From: a virus
DNA: 43,140 nucleotides
Reading direction: 5' to 3' (one strand)
Virus record (IMG/VR): IMGVR_UViG_3300002920_000041
Location: 1-43,140 of that record
In this document: in pieces, positions 40,271 to 43,140 of the stretch
Position numbering within the stretch: position 1 is the first letter of the stretch
Layout of the letters: every line of letters begins with the position of its first letter
The notes under the pieces: generated by a model
Told to the model about the DNA's origin: nothing
Databases searched by the model: none
What the model saw: only the letters and a program-made list of their open reading frames with translations
Translations under genes and position numbers: made by a program

Positions 40271-42640
40271 ATGGATTTCAAGGCGGCTTTTCAGGCTTTC
40301 AAGCGGCGCGTCACCGACACGACCGTCGGCGTTGCCTATCTAGGCAAGCTAGAGAACGGCAAGCGGGTCATTAAGGACAAAGTGCGCGGCGGCAGGTATG
40401 TGTTTTACACACGCCAATTGGACGAGACGGTCGAGATCGGATCGGCTATTTTGGCTGACTCAAGTCTGATACCTTACGAAGAGATTGAAGACTTTTTCGG
40501 GGTTGAAATCGAGCTGGGTTATCCACCCGCCAAAACAGAACTTCATGTTTTGCGCATCACAGCGGCGGGCTACGCATCGTTAGGCGGGCTGAACCCGCTA
40601 GAGCAGGTGTTGCGCAAAGTCAGCGTCATGAACTTAGACCGTATCGGAGTGCTTAGGCTAGAGCCGACTATCCCTAGCACGCTCTCCGTCAAAATCGCAG
40701 GCGAATATTACTACCAATCGCCTGCCGACGGCGCTTTCAAGCGCTTTGCAGAGCAACATCACGACTTGTCTAGCGAGGTCAGCGCTTTAAGCACTGACCA
40801 ACATCGCATCGCTCTGCTAAGTCTTGACTTGACTGATAACACAATCAAGGTCACCTTGAGCAGCATCAGGACGCATTCCAATATACCAAAGCGAAGTGCA
40901 TGGCTGGACAGCGATATTCTCGCCCTTAGCACAGGCTCATGGCGGATACCGATCGGCATCGTTTACCTGTACAAAGGTCAGACGGCTATTGAAGAGATAG
41001 ATATTTTACGGCGCTATCAGTTGCGCCCGATCTTCACAGCCTCCGCCAAAAACAACCTGAACGCGACAGCAGCTCCTACAGCTTCTGACAACGCCTCTCA
41101 AGGCTATGCTGTTGGCAGCATTTGGCGCAATACAACGAATGACAAGATTTGGATTTGCGCCAAAGCCACACAGACAACCGCGACTTGGAAAGAAATCGCA
41201 GGCGGCAGCTTTAATAGCCCTACCACGACAAAAGGCGACCTAATTGTGCATAACGGGTCGGGCGACACGCGGTTAGGCGTTGGATCGAACGGTCAGGTTT
41301 TGTCAGCAGACAGCGCCGAGCCGACGGGTCTGAAGTGGATTAACACTAACACATTTATCCCGCTCAATGCAGCGGGACAGCTGCTCACTCATGACGGCTC
41401 AGCGATCGCTACGCTGCCCATCGGGTCGAACGGTCAATATCTGCGCGTTAACACATCGCTTCCAACAAAGCTGGAATGGTCTGATGGACCAACGCCTGTC
41501 GTCGGCAAAACTGTTATGAAGCGCGTCTTGCTGCACCAGTTTGTCGCAAACGGCGGTGAAACAGGAACGTTTTGGGCTATATTTAATCTAACACAAGACT
41601 ACCGTGATTTAATAATACAGACGCACGGTCGTATGCAAAATACAAGCACAACAACTTACGGATTAGTCGAAGTTCGTCTTTACTACAACTATGATTACGA
41701 TATTTCTAATTACAGGTTTACTTCTCAATATTCTAACGCTACGCTCAACATGTATGAAGCTACCCAGCCGCCAGTAGTTTGGTACGGGCATCGCACCAAT
41801 CTGGGTAACGGTTCACCGTCAGCCTATGAGACGGTTGTATATCGCTATACAGGCACACAATTTAAGGTATCGCGCACTATTGGCGGGGAATATAACAAAG
41901 ACCGTTACGTCATAGACAGCATGGCTACATGGCTAAGCAGCGCTGCAGTAAACACTATTAGTTTCGGTTTGACAAATAATTGTTATTTGGAAGCGGGGTT
42001 TCAGATTCTCGTTTACGGCGTGATCGATGAAGCCGAAACCGCCGTCATAAACCCCACGTTCGCCTCGCCGCCGCCAATCGGCAGCACGACTCCTAACACG
42101 GGCGCGTTCACGACGCTCAGCACGAATGGGGCGTTTACCGCTGCGAATGCAGCGCAGCACACTTTCGAGGGCTTAGCGAATGGAACAGCGAACATGAAAG
42201 TTGTGCTTGATAGCTGGGGAAATTTCACAGATGGGACGCGGCTCATCGGTCGTAAAGCGCGTGGCACAAAAACCACGCCCGCCGCCGTGAACCTTTATGA
42301 CGGCTTGCTTGCGCTTGACGCGCGCGGGCATGATGGGTCGAGTTACGTCACAGACGCGCGCGGCTCGCTCAATTTCCGCGCTTCGCAGAATTGGTCAGCT
42401 ACAGCACAAGGCACTGAAGTCATCCTAGCGCTCACGCCGCCAAACACGACTGCAATGCAAGACCGCATTCTCATAAACGGATACGGAGAGATCGCGCAGT
42501 TGAACGCTAATGCGGCTTTTTACTTTGGCGACCCATCCGTCGACGGTACATGGCGCATTCGTCGCAATGGTAACGACCTCGTCTTCGAACGCCGTGTGAG
42601 CGGCAATTATGTGCTTCAGTTCACTATCCCGGCGATCTAA
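40271..42640 (+). CDS. Tail fibre or receptor-binding protein (789 aa)
   Basis: It is the last gene of the structural operon, with a GAGGTG SD. It is rich in G/S/T/N and contains a low-GC internal segment at 41560-42000. Confidence 0.6.
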   Translation: MDFKAAFQAFKRRVTDTTVGVAYLGKLENGKRVIKDKVRGGRYVFYTRQLDETVEIGSAILADSSLIPYEEIEDFFGVEIELGYPPAKTELHVLRITAAGYASLGGLNPLEQVLRKVSVMNLDRIGVLRLEPTIPSTLSVKIAGEYYYQSPADGAFKRFAEQHHDLSSEVSALSTDQHRIALLSLDLTDNTIKVTLSSIRTHSNIPKRSAWLDSDILALSTGSWRIPIGIVYLYKGQTAIEEIDILRRYQLRPIFTASAKNNLNATAAPTASDNASQGYAVGSIWRNTTNDKIWICAKATQTTATWKEIAGGSFNSPTTTKGDLIVHNGSGDTRLGVGSNGQVLSADSAEPTGLKWINTNTFIPLNAAGQLLTHDGSAIATLPIGSNGQYLRVNTSLPTKLEWSDGPTPVVGKTVMKRVLLHQFVANGGETGTFWAIFNLTQDYRDLIIQTHGRMQNTSTTTYGLVEVRLYYNYDYDISNYRFTSQYSNATLNMYEATQPPVVWYGHRTNLGNGSPSAYETVVYRYTGTQFKVSRTIGGEYNKDRYVIDSMATWLSSAAVNTISFGLTNNCYLEAGFQILVYGVIDEAETAVINPTFASPPPIGSTTPNTGAFTTLSTNGAFTAANAAQHTFEGLANGTANMKVVLDSWGNFTDGTRLIGRKARGTKTTPAAVNLYDGLLALDARGHDGSSYVTDARGSLNFRASQNWSATAQGTEVILALTPPNTTAMQDRILINGYGEIAQLNANAAFYFGDPSVDGTWRIRRNGNDLVFERRVSGNYVLQFTIPAI

Positions 42641-42645
42641 ACAAA

Positions 42646-42670
42646 AAGCCCGCCTTAACAAGGCGGGCTT
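42646..42670. terminator. Hairpin terminator between the convergent ends of the rightward and leftward transcription units
   Basis: AAGCCCGCC, loop ttaacaa, GGCGGGCTT. The A-run on the plus strand (acaaaaa, 42641-42647) gives a T-tract for leftward transcripts. Confidence 0.7.
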
Positions 42671-42695
42671 AGCGTTCAAATGAGGGGCTAGGCTT

Positions 42696-43079
42696 TCACT
42701 CTGGCGACCTTTTGAAGTTTTCTTTCTCTGGGTCGTGACCTAACGCCATGAGTAGTTCATCCTGCCAACTGAAATCGGGGTCAAAATCGGCTGAATAAGT
42801 ACAGCGGATGAAATCCGCCACGTCCCCGCTGTAATATAGGCATAGGATAGCCGCAAAATCAATGAGGTAGCGTTTCACAGCCACCCTCGATTCAAAATTC
42901 AAAAGTGAAGTGTTCAGTTTGAAACGAGCCTCTTGAACGCTTACGATAAGACCATGCGGGTCGTCATCGCTTAGCACTTCAATAGCGCGCTCGAAACAAA
43001 CATCCAAAATATCCCGTCCGGGCTTGAAAAACAGAGGGTCAAATTTGAAGACAGCCTCGAACAAATCTACTGCGAACAT
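42696..43079 (-). CDS. Hypothetical protein (127 aa); last gene of the leftward operon across the circular junction
   Basis: The ATG at 43079 corresponds to position 16 and overlaps the stop of 16..465. No motif recognised. Confidence 0.75.
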   Translation of the reverse strand: MFAVDLFEAVFKFDPLFFKPGRDILDVCFERAIEVLSDDDPHGLIVSVQEARFKLNTSLLNFESRVAVKRYLIDFAAILCLYYSGDVADFIRCTYSADFDPDFSWQDELLMALGHDPEKENFKRSPE

Positions 43080-43140
43080 CAGTTAATTCCCCTTTCGATG
43101 TTTTCGTTTATATCAAACAACTCATACCTCAATCTGCGCA
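43064..43140. repeat. Second copy of the 77-bp terminal overlap (equals 1-77)
   Basis: Exact identity to positions 1-77. Confidence 0.9.

Noticed and set aside
40271-42640. A diversity-generating retroelement targeting the tail fibre, prompted by the low-GC variable-looking segment
   Set aside because: No reverse transcriptase ORF exists anywhere in the genome, and I found no template-repeat copy of the fibre 3' region.

Overview
The window is a complete, circularly closed dsDNA tailed-phage genome. Bases 1-77 are identical to 43064-43140, giving a unit length of about 43,063 bp. It has a siphovirus-like layout.

Organisation:
- A leftward block of nine ORFan genes runs from 5369 down to 16 and continues across the junction into 43079..42696.
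- A rightward replication and nucleotide module spans 5783-17028. It encodes two membrane proteins, a Cys-rich protein, an 1149-aa primase-polymerase/helicase fusion, an SF2 DEAH helicase, a family-A DNA polymerase with 3'-5' exonuclease, a beta-class DPPY DNA methyltransferase and a polytopic membrane protein.
- Next come an unusual repeat-bearing HTH gene, two tandem sigma-70-family genes, and the small and large terminase genes.
- A lone leftward acidic gene and a 567-bp non-coding gap follow.
- The structural module spans 21849-42640: a portal-MuF fusion, a prohead protease-scaffold-HK97 capsid fusion, connectors, major tail protein, G/GT-type chaperones, tape measure, a large Asp-box tail protein and a tail fibre.
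- A three-gene non-structural island (HTH-metallophosphoesterase, small membrane protein, ThyX) sits inside the tail module.

I could not recognise an integrase, repressor, endolysin, tRNA, CRISPR array or reverse transcriptase.

Most interesting signals:
1. Fourteen in-frame copies of the palindromic 10-mer TGAAATTTCA lie inside one gene. Nine of them are spaced exactly 21 bp apart.
2. Two 64-bp near-perfect palindromes have identical arms built from the same TGAAA half-site. One sits in each of the genome's two divergent control regions.

Together these look like a phage-specific DNA-recognition network (origin, centromere or operator system) whose binding protein is not identified.

All functional calls come from motifs read by eye. 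No database search was possible.
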